NCBI GenBank assembly: GCA_900550375.1
Contig: URRP01000006.1
Location: 9,583-73,582, forward strand
Reading direction: 5' to 3'
DNA from: an uncultured Alistipes sp.
GTDB lineage: Bacteria > Bacteroidota > Bacteroidia > Bacteroidales > Rikenellaceae
DNA length: 64,000 nucleotides
The first letter of the stretch is position 1, and every line of letters starts with the position of its first letter. This document shows, piece by piece, positions 29,553-40,461 of the stretch. A program made the translations under genes and the position numbers. Under the pieces are notes generated by a model, which searched no databases, was not told the origin of the DNA, and was given only the letters and a program-made list of their open reading frames with translations.

Positions 29553-29565
29553 GAGCGGCCTTTTC
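29535..29565. terminator. Bidirectional terminator
   Basis: AAAAAAGACCGCTC-CTGA-GAGCGGCCTTTT. Confidence 0.75.
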
Positions 29566-29581
29566 TATTTATAGCGTATCG

Positions 29582-31243
29582 TTACAATGCGAAGAGGATG
29601 AAGATCTGCGCCGTCAGAACGCGCAGGAACATCACGACGGGATAGACCGTGGCGTAGCTTACCGCCGGCATATCGTTGCCTGCCGTGGCGTTGGCGTAGG
29701 CCAGCGCGGGAGGGTCGGTCGTGCTGCCTGCTATCAGTCCCATCAGGGTGTAATAGTTGATTTTCAGTCCGAGACGGGCGATGAGCGAGACGATCAGCAG
29801 CGGAACGACGGTGATGATGACGCCGTAGCCTACCCAGCGATATCCGCCGTTCATGATCGCATCGACGAAGCCGTCGCCTGCGCCGATGCCCACGGCTGCC
29901 AGAAAGAGCGTGATGCCCACCTCGCGCAGCATCAGATTGGCGCTTATGGTGGTATAGGTGACCAGATGGAAATGGGTGCCGAAGCGGCCGATCAGGATCG
30001 CCACGATCAGCGGGCCGCCGGCCAATCCCAATTTGACAGGCTGCGGAACGTTGAGCAGCGGAATCGAACCGAGCAGCACACCGAGCGCGATGCCGATGAA
30101 GATCGTGATGAGGTTCGGCTCGCGCAGTTTCTTCATCGAGTTGCCCAGCAGATCGGCCACCTGTGCGATCGCCTTCTCCGAACCTACGACCATCACGCGG
30201 TCACCCACCTGTAACTCCATCCCCTGATAGGGGATCAGATCGACACCGGCGCGGTTGACGCGGGTGATGTTGATGCCGTATTTGGTGCGCAGGTGCAGGT
30301 CGGCGAATTTCTTGCCGTTGATGGAGGGCTTGGTAATGAGAATACGCCGCGATACGAGCTGGCTGTCGAGCGATCCCCACTCCTCGAAAGGCATGTCGAT
30401 GATGTGGCCCAGAAAGGCGGCAATGGCGTCGGTATCCTCCGACGAGCAGACGATCAGCAGCTTGTCGCCGATATGCAGGCGGCTCTCCTGAGTAGCGACG
30501 GTGATGCGGTTGTCGGCATCGGCGATACGCGAAATGACGAACGAGCGGTTGATCAACTCCTTCATTTCGCCGACCGTTCGGCCGTCGAGCACGGCGTTGG
30601 TGAACTGGATGGATATTTTGTCGGCGTATTTTTTATGTTCGTTGCTCATCGTCGCCAGTGCCTCGTCCTCCTTTTCGAAACGGATGCGCAGCGCGTAACG
30701 GACGAAGATCATCGAGAAGATGATGCCGACGACGCCCAGCGGATAGGCGACGGCATATCCCAGCGCTATCGTGGGATCGTTGATTCCCGATGCATCGCTG
30801 TAAGCCTGCTGTGCGGCGCCCAATCCCGGGGTATTGGTCACGGCGCCCGACAGAATGCCGACCATCGTGGGGATCGGCGTGCCGGTGGTCAGGTGCAGGA
30901 TGTAGGCGGTACCGACTCCCAACAGGACGATGAGTGCCGCCAGTCCGACGAGCTGCATCCCGCCGTTTTTGAACGACGAGAAGAAGCCCGGACCGACTTG
31001 CAGACCGATCGAAAAGACGAACAGGATCAAACCGAACTCCTTGACGAAGCTCAGCACGCCGGAGTCGATAGTCATACCGAAATGGCTGGCTGCGATGCCG
31101 ACGAAGAGAATCCATGTCGTACCCAGCGAAACGCCTCCGATTTTGATTTTCCCCAACAGAATTCCGACGGTAATCACCAGTGCCAGAACGAAAATGGAGT
31201 GCGCCAGCGTATCGCCGAAAAAGAGGTTGTACAGCCAATACAT
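29582..31243 (-). CDS. AspT/YidE/YbjL family transporter with TrkA-C domains
   Basis: GLQVGPGFF, GAVTNTPGLGAA, GLAGGPL and GSTTDPPAL motifs. Confidence 0.9.
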   Translation of the reverse strand: MYWLYNLFFGDTLAHSIFVLALVITVGILLGKIKIGGVSLGTTWILFVGIAASHFGMTIDSGVLSFVKEFGLILFVFSIGLQVGPGFFSSFKNGGMQLVGLAALIVLLGVGTAYILHLTTGTPIPTMVGILSGAVTNTPGLGAAQQAYSDASGINDPTIALGYAVAYPLGVVGIIFSMIFVRYALRIRFEKEDEALATMSNEHKKYADKISIQFTNAVLDGRTVGEMKELINRSFVISRIADADNRITVATQESRLHIGDKLLIVCSSEDTDAIAAFLGHIIDMPFEEWGSLDSQLVSRRILITKPSINGKKFADLHLRTKYGINITRVNRAGVDLIPYQGMELQVGDRVMVVGSEKAIAQVADLLGNSMKKLREPNLITIFIGIALGVLLGSIPLLNVPQPVKLGLAGGPLIVAILIGRFGTHFHLVTYTTISANLMLREVGITLFLAAVGIGAGDGFVDAIMNGGYRWVGYGVIITVVPLLIVSLIARLGLKINYYTLMGLIAGSTTDPPALAYANATAGNDMPAVSYATVYPVVMFLRVLTAQIFILFAL

Positions 31244-31309
31244 ACGTAACGAAGATTTACCTTTGACGAATTTTCGACAAAGGTAGCACTTTATTAATAC
31301 TTAAAAAAA

Positions 31310-32005
31310 TTAGTAACAGAATTTTTCGAACAAAGGAATCAACAGCGCCGTAATAATCCCCATCAGCGCCATCGCCAATCCGCTGAGAGCACCCTCGACG
31401 GCTCCCAGCTCGATGGCGCGCGCCGTGCCGATGCCGTGGGCGGCCGAACCGAGCGCCAATCCCCGCGCCATCGGATTGACGATGCCGCATTTGCGCAGCA
31501 GGTGCGGGCCGACGATGCTGCCGAAGATGCCCACGAGGAAAACCACCACCGAGGTGACGCTCACCACTCCGCCGATCGGTTCGCTGATGGCTACGGCGAT
31601 CGGAACGGTGACCGACTTGGGGGCGATGGAGTTCAGGATCGTGCGGTCGGCGCCCAATGCGCGGGCGATGTAGACGACGCTCAGCACCCCGACCACGCAT
31701 CCTGTGACGATCGAGGTCAGAATGGGCAGCACCTGTCCGCGCAGATGTTCGATCTGTTCGTACATCAGGTAGCCCAGCGCAACGACCGACATGCCGAGCA
31801 GAAAGTCGAGGATCTGTGTGGCTTCGCGGTAGCGCTCGTATTCGATGCCGCAGACTTTCAGAAAGAGAATCAGGGCGGCGAACGCGAGCAGCGTCGGATG
31901 GAGGATCGCCAGTTTGAGCCGTCGGTGAAGCGCCACGCCGCCGCAGTAGAGACCCACGGTGAGCGTGAGCAGGAACATATCGGAGTCGATGAAGGTGCGG
32001 ATCAT
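31310..32005 (-). CDS. lrgB: LrgB family membrane protein
   Basis: APKSVTVPIA and GSAAHGIGTARA motifs. Confidence 0.92.
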   Translation of the reverse strand: MIRTFIDSDMFLLTLTVGLYCGGVALHRRLKLAILHPTLLAFAALILFLKVCGIEYERYREATQILDFLLGMSVVALGYLMYEQIEHLRGQVLPILTSIVTGCVVGVLSVVYIARALGADRTILNSIAPKSVTVPIAVAISEPIGGVVSVTSVVVFLVGIFGSIVGPHLLRKCGIVNPMARGLALGSAAHGIGTARAIELGAVEGALSGLAMALMGIITALLIPLFEKFCY

Positions 32006-32337
32006 GATTTACGGCCGATTTTCTGGAAAGTCCATCCTACGCAGAGCAGCACCAGCAGCGTGCTGACGACGCTGGCGACCAGAATTGCCCACAGATGCTG
32101 CATAATCAGATCGTACGACACCATCAGCCCCACGCCGAAGGGGACGAAGAAGAGTCCCATCGAGCCGAGCAGGAACCGTGCGGCGGGACGCACGCGGTGC
32201 GGCTTGACGATCCGCAGGCACAATGCACCGAAAAGCAATATCATCCCGATCACGTTACCGGATATATATCCGCCTGTGAAATAAGCGATTGCATTGCCTA
32301 TCAGCCAGAATAGAAGGATATGGAACAGTCCTAACAC
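32002..32337 (-). CDS. lrgA: CidA/LrgA family protein
   Basis: GNVIGMILLF and MGLFFVPFGVGLM motifs; overlaps lrgB. Confidence 0.9.
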   Translation of the reverse strand: MLGLFHILLFWLIGNAIAYFTGGYISGNVIGMILLFGALCLRIVKPHRVRPAARFLLGSMGLFFVPFGVGLMVSYDLIMQHLWAILVASVVSTLLVLLCVGWTFQKIGRKS

Positions 32338-32463
32338 GGGCGCAAAGATACGACGAACAAAAGTAAAAGTGTACCGCCCGAAGAAAAATAAGTAGTGAAA
32401 TCATGCCGTAATATTAATTAATTTAATTATCTTTGTACGGTTAATGATTTCACACTGAATCTT

Positions 32464-33648
32464 ATGGGAAAAGGAGTAACTATCGAGCGTTCACATCGTC
32501 TGGACGGTATCGGCGAGTACTATTTTTCGCGTCGTTTGCGCGAAATCGCCGAGACGGAGGCGGCCACCGGCCGTCAAATCATCAAGTTGGCTATGGGCAG
32601 CCCCGATCTTCCGCCTGCGCAGGCAGTCATCGATACGCTGGCCCGCGAAGCACAGCGCCCCGACGTACACAAGTACATGTCCTATCAGGGAGAACCTATT
32701 CTGCGCAAAGCCTTTGCCGATTGGTATAAGAAGTACTACAGCGTGGATCTCGACTGGAAATCGGAGGTGTATCCGCTGATCGGTTCGAAAGAGGGCCTGA
32801 TGCATGTCAGCATGACTTTTCTCAATAAGGGCGATAAGGTGCTCGTGCCCAACCCCGGCTACCCCACGTACAGCGCTGCCGTGAAACTTGCGGGCGGCGA
32901 GATGGTGACCTACGCGCTGAACAAGCAGACGGGCTTCCTGCCCGACTTCGAGGCGATCGAGAAGGCCGGACTGGACGGTGTGAAGATGATGCTCATCAAC
33001 TACCCCAACATGCCGACGGGACAGACTCCTACGATGGAGCTGTTCGAGAAGATCGTAGCCTTCGGTGCCAAGCACAATATCCTGATCGTGCATGACAATC
33101 CGTATAGCTTCGTGCGCAACAAGAACCGCCTGAGCATTTTCCAAGTGCCGGGAGCTAAAGAGGTCGCGCTCGAGCTGAACTCGCTTTCGAAGGGACACTC
33201 GATGGCCGGATGGCGCGTAGGCGTTCTGCTCGGCAAAAAGGAGTGGATCGATGCGGTGCTCACGTTCCGCAGCAATATGGATTCGGGTATGTTCTACCCT
33301 ATTCAGGCCGCGGCGGCCACGGCGCTCGGATTGGGCGAGGAGTGGTTCACGCAGCTCAATGAGATTTATTACGCCCGCGAGAAGCAGGCATACGCGCTTT
33401 TGGATGCGCTGGGCTGCAAATACCGTTTGGGGCAGGCCGGTTTGTTCGTATGGGCCGAGTTGCCGGAAGACTACGAGGGCGATTCGTTCCAGTTCTCGGA
33501 CGAGGTGATGGAGAAGTGCGACGTCTTCCTTACGCCGGGAGCCATCTTCGGCAGTGAGGGCAAGCGGTACATCCGTATTACGCTCTGCTGCCCGGCCGAA
33601 CTGCTCGAAAAGGCGGCCAAAGCGATCAAGGAACGTTTCCGCAAATAA
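32464..33648 (+). CDS. PLP-dependent class I/II aminotransferase
   Basis: GSPDLPP, GSKEG, NYPNMPTG, HDNPY and SLSKGHSMAGWRVG motifs. Confidence 0.92.
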   Translation: MGKGVTIERSHRLDGIGEYYFSRRLREIAETEAATGRQIIKLAMGSPDLPPAQAVIDTLAREAQRPDVHKYMSYQGEPILRKAFADWYKKYYSVDLDWKSEVYPLIGSKEGLMHVSMTFLNKGDKVLVPNPGYPTYSAAVKLAGGEMVTYALNKQTGFLPDFEAIEKAGLDGVKMMLINYPNMPTGQTPTMELFEKIVAFGAKHNILIVHDNPYSFVRNKNRLSIFQVPGAKEVALELNSLSKGHSMAGWRVGVLLGKKEWIDAVLTFRSNMDSGMFYPIQAAAATALGLGEEWFTQLNEIYYAREKQAYALLDALGCKYRLGQAGLFVWAELPEDYEGDSFQFSDEVMEKCDVFLTPGAIFGSEGKRYIRITLCCPAELLEKAAKAIKERFRK

Positions 33649-33667
33649 GACCTGCGGGTTGTTTATC

Positions 33668-33698
33668 AAAAGCGGATGCTGCAAAGCATCCGCTTTTT
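33668..33698 (+). terminator. Intrinsic terminator
   Basis: AAAAGCGGATGCT-GCAA-AGCATCCGCTTTTT. Confidence 0.88.
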
Positions 33699-34040
33699 CT
33701 TGCGCCGTAGTCGCTGTTGAAGCGGAAAATCGAGCTGCAAAGGATGAACCGTTTACCCATTCTTGTTTCGGAACGCTGGAATGTCCGCGTACGGGATGCT
33801 GGAGATGCCGGGCTATGCCGTTTCGGGATTGCATATTACCGTTCCGCAGGCGTGCTATCTGATTTCGCCCTATGCGGCGAGCGCCTCTTTCTGCGGAGTG
33901 CCGATCGACCGCGGCCTGAGCTGCGCATATTCGGCGCTGTCGGGCGTGGAATTTACGCTGGCGGGGTCTCTGCTGGTGTCGTTTTTCGTGCGGTGGCGGT
34001 ATGTGGTTTAGCGGGGCGGGATGAAAATCCCGCTCTTTTT

Positions 34041-34070
34041 TGTAACCTTTTCGCTATCTTTACATCTAAT
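34041..34070 (+). promoter_or_regulatory. ECF-sigma-type promoter, copy 1
   Basis: TGTAACC-N17-TCTAAT, 21 nt before the sigma-factor ATG. Confidence 0.7.
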
Positions 34071-34091
34071 CAACGAATTTCGACCCGAAAG

Positions 34092-34616
34092 ATGGAGAAC
34101 CCGACCGACAAGGAGATAGTGGCGCTGGTGCTGGCCGGCGATACCGAAGCATTCGGTGAGCTGGTAAGCCGCTATTCGGGACGGGTGTATGCGCTGGCGT
34201 TTGCCGTGGTGCGCGATGCACAGCGGGCCGATGACGTTACGCAGGAGACTTTTATCCGCGCCTATGAGCATCTCGATGGGTTTCGGGGTGCGAGTGCTTT
34301 TGCTACGTGGCTTTACCGTATCGCCTACAACCGAGCCGTCGGTGAATGCCGCCGCAGGTTTTACGGCCGTCTCGATGCCGAATCCTGTGCGGTGGCGGAG
34401 GAGCGGCCGGCAGAACGGTTCGATGAGGAGACAGTCGGCAGGATGCACCGTGCGCTGGCGCGTCTTGCGCCCGACGAACGGGCGTTGGTGACGCTTTTTT
34501 ACGAAGACGAACGGTCGGTGGCCGAGATCGCGCAGATTATGGATTTGACGCTTTCGAACGTGAAGGTGCGGCTGCATCGGGTGCGGGGACGGATCCGGCA
34601 ATATATGGAGGAGTGA
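34092..34616 (+). CDS. ECF sigma-70 factor
   Basis: DDVTQETFIRAY, FATWLYRIAYN and EIAQIM..SNVKVRLHR motifs; the start is placed at MENPTD (34092), not 33717. Confidence 0.93.
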   Translation: MENPTDKEIVALVLAGDTEAFGELVSRYSGRVYALAFAVVRDAQRADDVTQETFIRAYEHLDGFRGASAFATWLYRIAYNRAVGECRRRFYGRLDAESCAVAEERPAERFDEETVGRMHRALARLAPDERALVTLFYEDERSVAEIAQIMDLTLSNVKVRLHRVRGRIRQYMEE

Positions 34617-34948
34617 TGATGGAAAAACAACAATTGAACGATGAGCGGCTGGCGGAGCTGATCCGCACTGCTTTGCCGCGGCGGGAGGCTCCCGTGGGGT
34701 TGGAGACGCGTATTATGGCGCAGGTCGTTCTGCGAGATCGGCAGCGGCGCGAACGTAGGGCGATCGCCGCGATGGCGTGCTACTGCCTGGGAACCGCTGC
34801 GGCGATGGCCGTCGTGGTGTTCGCCTGTCTGCGGTCGGTCGATTCGCCGGAGGGGCTGTTACAGGTCTTGGCGATCTTGGCGGGTGTCGTGGCGGCGATG
34901 ATTATCGCCTGCGGCGATCGGGCGACGGAAATTCTGCGCAGCCTGTAA
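34613..34948 (+). CDS. Putative membrane anti-sigma factor
   Basis: Overlaps the sigma stop codon; EAPVGLETRIMAQV motif followed by two TM segments. Confidence 0.7.
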   Translation: MMMEKQQLNDERLAELIRTALPRREAPVGLETRIMAQVVLRDRQRRERRAIAAMACYCLGTAAAMAVVVFACLRSVDSPEGLLQVLAILAGVVAAMIIACGDRATEILRSL

Positions 34949-34973
34949 CCTTTTTCGGTTGAAGCGGTCTAAT
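34944..34973 (+). promoter_or_regulatory. ECF-sigma-type promoter, copy 2
   Basis: TGTAACC-N17-TCTAAT with the same spacing as copy 1. Confidence 0.7.
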
Positions 34974-35011
34974 AGATGAATTTAATTATTAACCTATAAA
35001 ACAATAATGTT

Positions 35012-35461
35012 ATGAGTGTCGGATATCAAATAAGTGAAGTTCTCGAACAGATTATGTGGATGGGCGTCGCTTTCGGGATCGTCGGCTATTTTATCTACCG
35101 CGAATGGGCGCGCCGGCGCGAGAATATGGCGATGATGGAGCGCATGACGCCTGAACAGCTGGCTGACATCCGGCGCGTGGACGCCGAAATCGAAATCGAG
35201 CGCAAGCGGCGCAGCGCCGGCAATCTATGGCTTCTGCGGGCCGGAATGGCGATTCTCGGCGGTGGATTGGGCGGCTTCTTGGGGCTGACGTTTATGGAGC
35301 ATACATCGGAGAAATCTTTTTATGTGAGCATGAACATCTACGCTTGTCAGTTGATGGCACTCATCGTGCTGATGGTCGGTCTCTTTATCTTCTTCGAATT
35401 TCTAATCGAGTTGTGGCTCAAACGGATGGAAGAACGCTGGCACACGAGCGAACAGAAATAG
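35012..35461 (+). CDS. Three-TM membrane protein (DUF6249-like)
   Basis: TM-(RRRENMAMMER)-TM-TM layout; AT-rich initiation region. Confidence 0.7.
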   Translation: MSVGYQISEVLEQIMWMGVAFGIVGYFIYREWARRRENMAMMERMTPEQLADIRRVDAEIEIERKRRSAGNLWLLRAGMAILGGGLGGFLGLTFMEHTSEKSFYVSMNIYACQLMALIVLMVGLFIFFEFLIELWLKRMEERWHTSEQK

Positions 35462-35480
35462 TTTCCAACCTTTTTAGTGG

Positions 35481-35517
35481 AACGGGGCTGCATCCGAAAA
35501 GATGCAACCCCGTTTTT
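35481..35517. terminator. Intrinsic terminator
   Basis: AACGGGGCTGCATC-CGAAAA-GATGCAACCCCGTTTTT. Confidence 0.8.
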
Positions 35518-35550
35518 GCGATTCCTCGCAGCGGCACCGGCCGTGCCGGA

Positions 35551-36720
35551 TCAATAGACCTCGACCTTGGCGGCGGCCGCTTTGGTCTTGTCGCGCAGCG
35601 CATCGAGGTCGGCGTCGAGCGCGTCGTAGCGGACGACGACGCCCATGCGGCGGTTGAGTTTGGTCGCGGGTTTGCCGAAGATGCGCAGGTCGGTGTTCTC
35701 CTCGCGGCAGACCTCCTCCTCGCCCCGATAGCGGGGCTGTTCCTTGCCGGCGATCGGCGAGAGGATCACGGCGCTGGCACCGATATGTTCGAGTGTGATG
35801 CGCGGAATGGGCAGCCCGAGCACGGCGCGGCAGTGCAGCTCGAATTCATTGAGATTCTGCGTGCCGGCCAGCGTCACCATACCTGTGTCGTGCGGACGCG
35901 GCGACAACTCCGAGAAATAGACGCCTTTGTCGTGGCTGAGGAAGAACTCCACGCCCCACAGTCCTGCGCCGGTCAGCGCCTGCGTGACCTTTGCGGCCAT
36001 CGCCTGCGCCTCGGCCAGATGCTCGGGCGAGATGGGTGCGGGCTGGAAACTCTCGCGGTAGTCGCCGCCCTTCTGGATGTGGCCGATGGGCGGGCAGAAG
36101 AGCGTCGGGCCGTTCTTTTGCGTGACGGTGAGCAGCGTGATCTCGCTGTCGAAGGCGATGAACTCCTCGATGATGAGTTCGCGGATGTCGCCGCGGCTGC
36201 CGCTGCATCCGTACTCCCATGCATGTTCCAGTTCGTCGGGGGTGCGTACCAGCGACTGCCCCTTACCCGAGGAGGACATCAGCGGTTTGACGACACACGG
36301 GAACCCGATCTGCTCGGCGGCGGCCTTCAGCTCGTCGAACGATCGCGCGTAAAAATACTTCGCGGTTTTCAGCCCCAGCTCTTTGGCAGCCAGATCGCGG
36401 ATCGACTTGCGGTTCATCGTGAAGTTGACGGCTCGCGCGCTCGGAACCACCTGAATGCCCTGTTTTTCACATTCGTAGAGCCGTTCGGTGCGGATCGCCT
36501 CGATCTCGGGAACGATGAGGTCGGGGCGGTGTTTCGCAACGACCGCTTCCAACTGATCGCCGTCGAGCATGTCGAATACTTCGCACGTGTCGGCCACCTG
36601 CATGGCCGGTGCTCCGGCATACGAATCGCACGCTACGACATACTGTCCCAGCCGCTTGGCGGCAATCACGAACTCCTTGCCCAGTTCTCCAGAGCCTAAT
36701 AAGAGAATCTTCTTGGTCAT
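35551..36720 (-). CDS. purT: Formate-dependent GAR transformylase
   Basis: [33 protein letters not shown] and RRMGV motifs. Confidence 0.97.
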   Translation of the reverse strand: MTKKILLLGSGELGKEFVIAAKRLGQYVVACDSYAGAPAMQVADTCEVFDMLDGDQLEAVVAKHRPDLIVPEIEAIRTERLYECEKQGIQVVPSARAVNFTMNRKSIRDLAAKELGLKTAKYFYARSFDELKAAAEQIGFPCVVKPLMSSSGKGQSLVRTPDELEHAWEYGCSGSRGDIRELIIEEFIAFDSEITLLTVTQKNGPTLFCPPIGHIQKGGDYRESFQPAPISPEHLAEAQAMAAKVTQALTGAGLWGVEFFLSHDKGVYFSELSPRPHDTGMVTLAGTQNLNEFELHCRAVLGLPIPRITLEHIGASAVILSPIAGKEQPRYRGEEEVCREENTDLRIFGKPATKLNRRMGVVVRYDALDADLDALRDKTKAAAAKVEVY

Positions 36721-36735
36721 TTCAATTTATAAAAG

Positions 36736-38103
36736 TTAAGCGATATACTGTTTCTCACGGTTCCATGTCGACGCGCTGAAGCCGATCGACAGGAGGCAGG
36801 CCCCGATCAGAGCGATGAACCCGCCGTCCCAGCCGAAGTGCTGGAAGACGTAGCCCATGCCGATATTGGCCAGAATCGCCGAGCCGATCAGATAGCCGAA
36901 CAGACCGGTGAAGCCGGCCGCCGTACCCGCAGCCTTTTTCGGAACCAGATCGAGCGCCGAGACGCCGATGAGCATCACGGGACCGTAGATCAGAAATCCG
37001 ATGGTTCCCATGGCGACGTTGGTGACCAGCTCCGACTGGCTCTGCCAGTAGACGTAAACGGCGACCATGACTAGCGCCATATAGATAATAGTAGCCGGTG
37101 CACGGCGTCCTTTGAATACCTTGTCCGAAAGCCAGCCGCAGAGAATCGTGCCGAAGATACCGGCGATTTCGAAGATAAAATACGACCAGCTGCTGCCGTC
37201 GAGCGCCATGCCTTTGCCCCCTTCGGCGACGGACGTCGTCAGGTAGGTGGGTGCCCAGTCGAGCACGCCGTAGCGGACGAAATAGATGAAGGCGTTGGCG
37301 AAAGCGATGAGCCACAGCAGCTTGTTGTTTAGTACGTTATCGAAAAGAATCTGCCGAGTGGTCATCTCCTTCTCGTTCGTGGCGGAGTACTGCTTGGTCT
37401 CGTGTTTGTAAATTTCGATGGGCGGAAGGCCGCAGGACTGGGGCGTATCGCGCACCATGAGGTATGCGACGACGGCGATAACCAGTGCGACGAGTGCCGG
37501 AACATAGAAGGCGCCGCCCAGCGGATCGCTGAAAAGCGTGTATCCCAGCGTGATGCCGAACGCGGCCAGCGGCGCCATCGCCGCTCCGCCGATATTGTGC
37601 GCCACGTTCCATACCGACATCTTCACGCCGCGCTCCTTGGTGCAGAACCAGTGGGTCATGACGCGGCCGCAGGGAGGCCAGCCCATGCCCTGCATCCAGC
37701 CGTTGACGAACAGCAGGCAGAACATCATCATGATGGCGACGGGAATCGAAATCGAGCCCCACGGCAGGATGCCCATGACGATCATGATGAGCGCCGAGGC
37801 GATCAACCCCAGCGGAATGAAGACGCGGGCATTGCTGCGGTCGGAGACCGTACCCATGACGAATTTGCTGATGCCGTAGGCGATCGAAACGGCCGAAAGC
37901 GCCCAGCCCAGATCGGCCTTGTCGTAGCCCATGGATTCGAGCGCCGGCATGGCGATCGAGAAATTCTTGCGCACGAGGTAGTAGCCTGCGTACCCGATAA
38001 AGATGCCCCAGAAGACCTGACGACGCAGGCGGGGATACTCCTTATCGACCTTTTCGGCGGGCAGCTCGGGTTTGTGCGCTGCCGGTTGTAAAAGTTTCCA
38101 CAT
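36736..38103 (-). CDS. glpT: Glycerol-3-phosphate:Pi antiporter (MFS, OPA family)
   Basis: GYYLVRKNF, QGMGWPPCGR, WNVAHNIGG and AAGTAAGFTGLFGY motifs. Confidence 0.9.
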   Translation of the reverse strand: MWKLLQPAAHKPELPAEKVDKEYPRLRRQVFWGIFIGYAGYYLVRKNFSIAMPALESMGYDKADLGWALSAVSIAYGISKFVMGTVSDRSNARVFIPLGLIASALIMIVMGILPWGSISIPVAIMMMFCLLFVNGWMQGMGWPPCGRVMTHWFCTKERGVKMSVWNVAHNIGGAAMAPLAAFGITLGYTLFSDPLGGAFYVPALVALVIAVVAYLMVRDTPQSCGLPPIEIYKHETKQYSATNEKEMTTRQILFDNVLNNKLLWLIAFANAFIYFVRYGVLDWAPTYLTTSVAEGGKGMALDGSSWSYFIFEIAGIFGTILCGWLSDKVFKGRRAPATIIYMALVMVAVYVYWQSQSELVTNVAMGTIGFLIYGPVMLIGVSALDLVPKKAAGTAAGFTGLFGYLIGSAILANIGMGYVFQHFGWDGGFIALIGACLLSIGFSASTWNREKQYIA

Positions 38104-38486
38104 AATGAGTTCGTAGTATTTAGGTTATTTGTTTTGCAGCGATTGTGCGATACGGAACACAAAGATAAGCATTTCTTGCAAAAAACGGCTTCGCCGCAAC
38201 GGTTTTCGGTTTAAGAAGGTGCGATTCGCCGTTGTACACGGCTTCTTCGGGAGATACATTGGGCCGCAGCCGCCTCTTTTTCCGGCTGAAGGCAGGTGAA
38301 CGGACTGTAAAATAAGTTTGTTCGTTCGGGAAAAAATCCTACCTTTGTGATCCGTAACGGAGTATTCCGCGAAGTGCTTTATGGAATGCGCAGAGGGTTG
38401 GTGCCGGCAGATTCGGAATCGGGTGGGCAAAGCCGTATTTTGAGTGTAAGTTATTTTGCAAACGATAGCGAAATTTATTCATATCC

Positions 38487-40436
38487 ATGTTTCTCTCATT
38501 GATTAAAAAACTGCATCTGGACGGCAGTTATATTCGTTCGTGGCTGATTTTGGTAATCGACCTTGCGGTCTCCGTTACGGCGACGCTGGTTGCGTTTCTG
38601 ACGATCGATTATTTTGTTCAGAATACCCATTCTTCCCTGCTTCACTACCTGTTTCTGCTGACGTTGGCCTTCTTCAGCAGTGCCGTCGCTTTTTATATTT
38701 TCCGAATCTATCGAACCGTCATCCGGCACTCGTCGCTGCGCGAAGTCTGGAAACTCGGGGCTGCTACGCTGCTCAAGGAGCTGCTGATGCTCCTCGTTCT
38801 GTGGTTCTGGCCCGACGGAATGACGTTCAAAATGATCGGCGTCTGCGTGGTGCTGGATATGTTCGTGACGGTCTGTACGCTTATTACGGTGCGTGTGTTG
38901 ATGATTCTGGTCTACGATGCGGTCATCCTTTCGCATATCCGGCGGACGAATCGCATCCGCACGTTGGTCTACGGCGTAGAGTCGAAGGAGGTCGCGCTCG
39001 TCATGCGGTTGCAGAATTCGCCGCATTACGATATGTGCGGATTCATCACCTACGGCCGTCGGCTCAAGTATTATGAGATTGCCGAACGTCCGGTCTACTA
39101 TTTCGACACGGAGGAGAATATCGAATATGTACTCGATAAATACGGAATCGAAGCGATCCTCTTCGGCAACTACGCGAATGCCAAAGCCGAATCGGACCGT
39201 CTGATCAAGTATTGCGTGACGCATGGCGTCAAGGTACTGATCGCCCCGCCTATCGATGAGATCGTCGACGGGAAGCTGGCGCATCAGGGCGGTATCCGCG
39301 ACATTAAGATCGAAGATTTGCTGGGACGCGAGGAGATCAAGATTTTGCTGGACGAGATCATGGACAACTTCCGCGACAAGACCGTGCTGGTGACGGGTGC
39401 CGCGGGGTCGATCGGTTCGGAGCTGTGCCGCCAGCTGGCGACCTTCGGTATCCGGCAGCTGATCCTGCTCGACAACGCCGAGACGCCGATGCATGAGATC
39501 CGTCTCGAACTGGAGGATCGGTTCCCCGAACTGAAATTCATCCCCGTGATCGGCGATGTGCGGATTCAGAATCGGCTGGATTTCGTCTTCCGCACCTACC
39601 GGCCTCAGGTCGTGTTCCATGCCGCAGCCTACAAACACGTCCCGCTCATGGAGGAGAACCCCTGCGAAGCGGTGCTGGTCAACGTCGTGGGATCGCGCAA
39701 TGTGGCGGATTACTGCATTCGTTACGGGGTGGAGAAGATGGTGATGATTTCGACGGACAAGGCCGTGAACCCGACCAATATCATGGGCTGTACGAAACGA
39801 CTGGCCGAAATCTATGTTCAGAGTCTCGGACAGGCGATCGTGAACGGGCAGATCGGAGGGCACACGCAGTTTATTACGACCCGTTTCGGAAATGTGCTGG
39901 GTTCCAGCGGTTCGGTGATTCCGCGTTTTCGGGAGCAGATCGAGCACGGCGGTCCCGTAACGGTTACCCACCCGGAGATCCGGCGTTATTTTATGACCAT
40001 TCCCGAGGCGTGCCGGCTGGTGATGGAGGCTGCGACGATCGGGCGCGGCAATACGATCTTCGTCTTCGATATGGGCGAGTGCGTCAAGATTGCCGAGCTG
40101 GCCGGTCGGATGATTACGTTGGCGGGGTTCCGTGTCGATCAGGACATTCAGATCGTCTATACGGGGCTGCGTCCGGGAGAGAAACTCTACGAGGAGGTGC
40201 TGAGCAATACAGAAAATACCCTGCCGACCGAACATGCGAAGATCCGCATTGCCAAGGTGCGTGAGTACGATTACGAAGAGGCTTGCAAGGCGGCCGAAGA
40301 ACTTGAGCGGCTGGCACGCGAATTCGACATTCCGAATGTCGTGCGCCTGATGAAGCGGGTCGTGCCGGAGTATCATTCGCAGAACTCCCGTTTCGAGGTG
40401 TACGACAAGGAATTGGAAGAGGAAAAAACGGCTTGA
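38487..40436 (+). CDS. CapD/PglF-type membrane-bound nucleotide-sugar 4,6-dehydratase
   Basis: Four N-terminal TMs; [36 protein letters not shown] and RPGEKLYEE motifs. Confidence 0.93.
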   Translation: MFLSLIKKLHLDGSYIRSWLILVIDLAVSVTATLVAFLTIDYFVQNTHSSLLHYLFLLTLAFFSSAVAFYIFRIYRTVIRHSSLREVWKLGAATLLKELLMLLVLWFWPDGMTFKMIGVCVVLDMFVTVCTLITVRVLMILVYDAVILSHIRRTNRIRTLVYGVESKEVALVMRLQNSPHYDMCGFITYGRRLKYYEIAERPVYYFDTEENIEYVLDKYGIEAILFGNYANAKAESDRLIKYCVTHGVKVLIAPPIDEIVDGKLAHQGGIRDIKIEDLLGREEIKILLDEIMDNFRDKTVLVTGAAGSIGSELCRQLATFGIRQLILLDNAETPMHEIRLELEDRFPELKFIPVIGDVRIQNRLDFVFRTYRPQVVFHAAAYKHVPLMEENPCEAVLVNVVGSRNVADYCIRYGVEKMVMISTDKAVNPTNIMGCTKRLAEIYVQSLGQAIVNGQIGGHTQFITTRFGNVLGSSGSVIPRFREQIEHGGPVTVTHPEIRRYFMTIPEACRLVMEAATIGRGNTIFVFDMGECVKIAELAGRMITLAGFRVDQDIQIVYTGLRPGEKLYEEVLSNTENTLPTEHAKIRIAKVREYDYEEACKAAEELERLAREFDIPNVVRLMKRVVPEYHSQNSRFEVYDKELEEEKTA

Positions 40437-40461
40437 CAAGGAGATAAAACCTTATATTGAA

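Noticed and set aside
33717..34091. N-terminal extensions of the ECF sigma, and likewise of the FtsE-like ORF (60949) and FeoB (26994)
   Set aside because: The extensions are not protein-like; for the sigma and FtsE-like genes, promoter motifs lie inside them.
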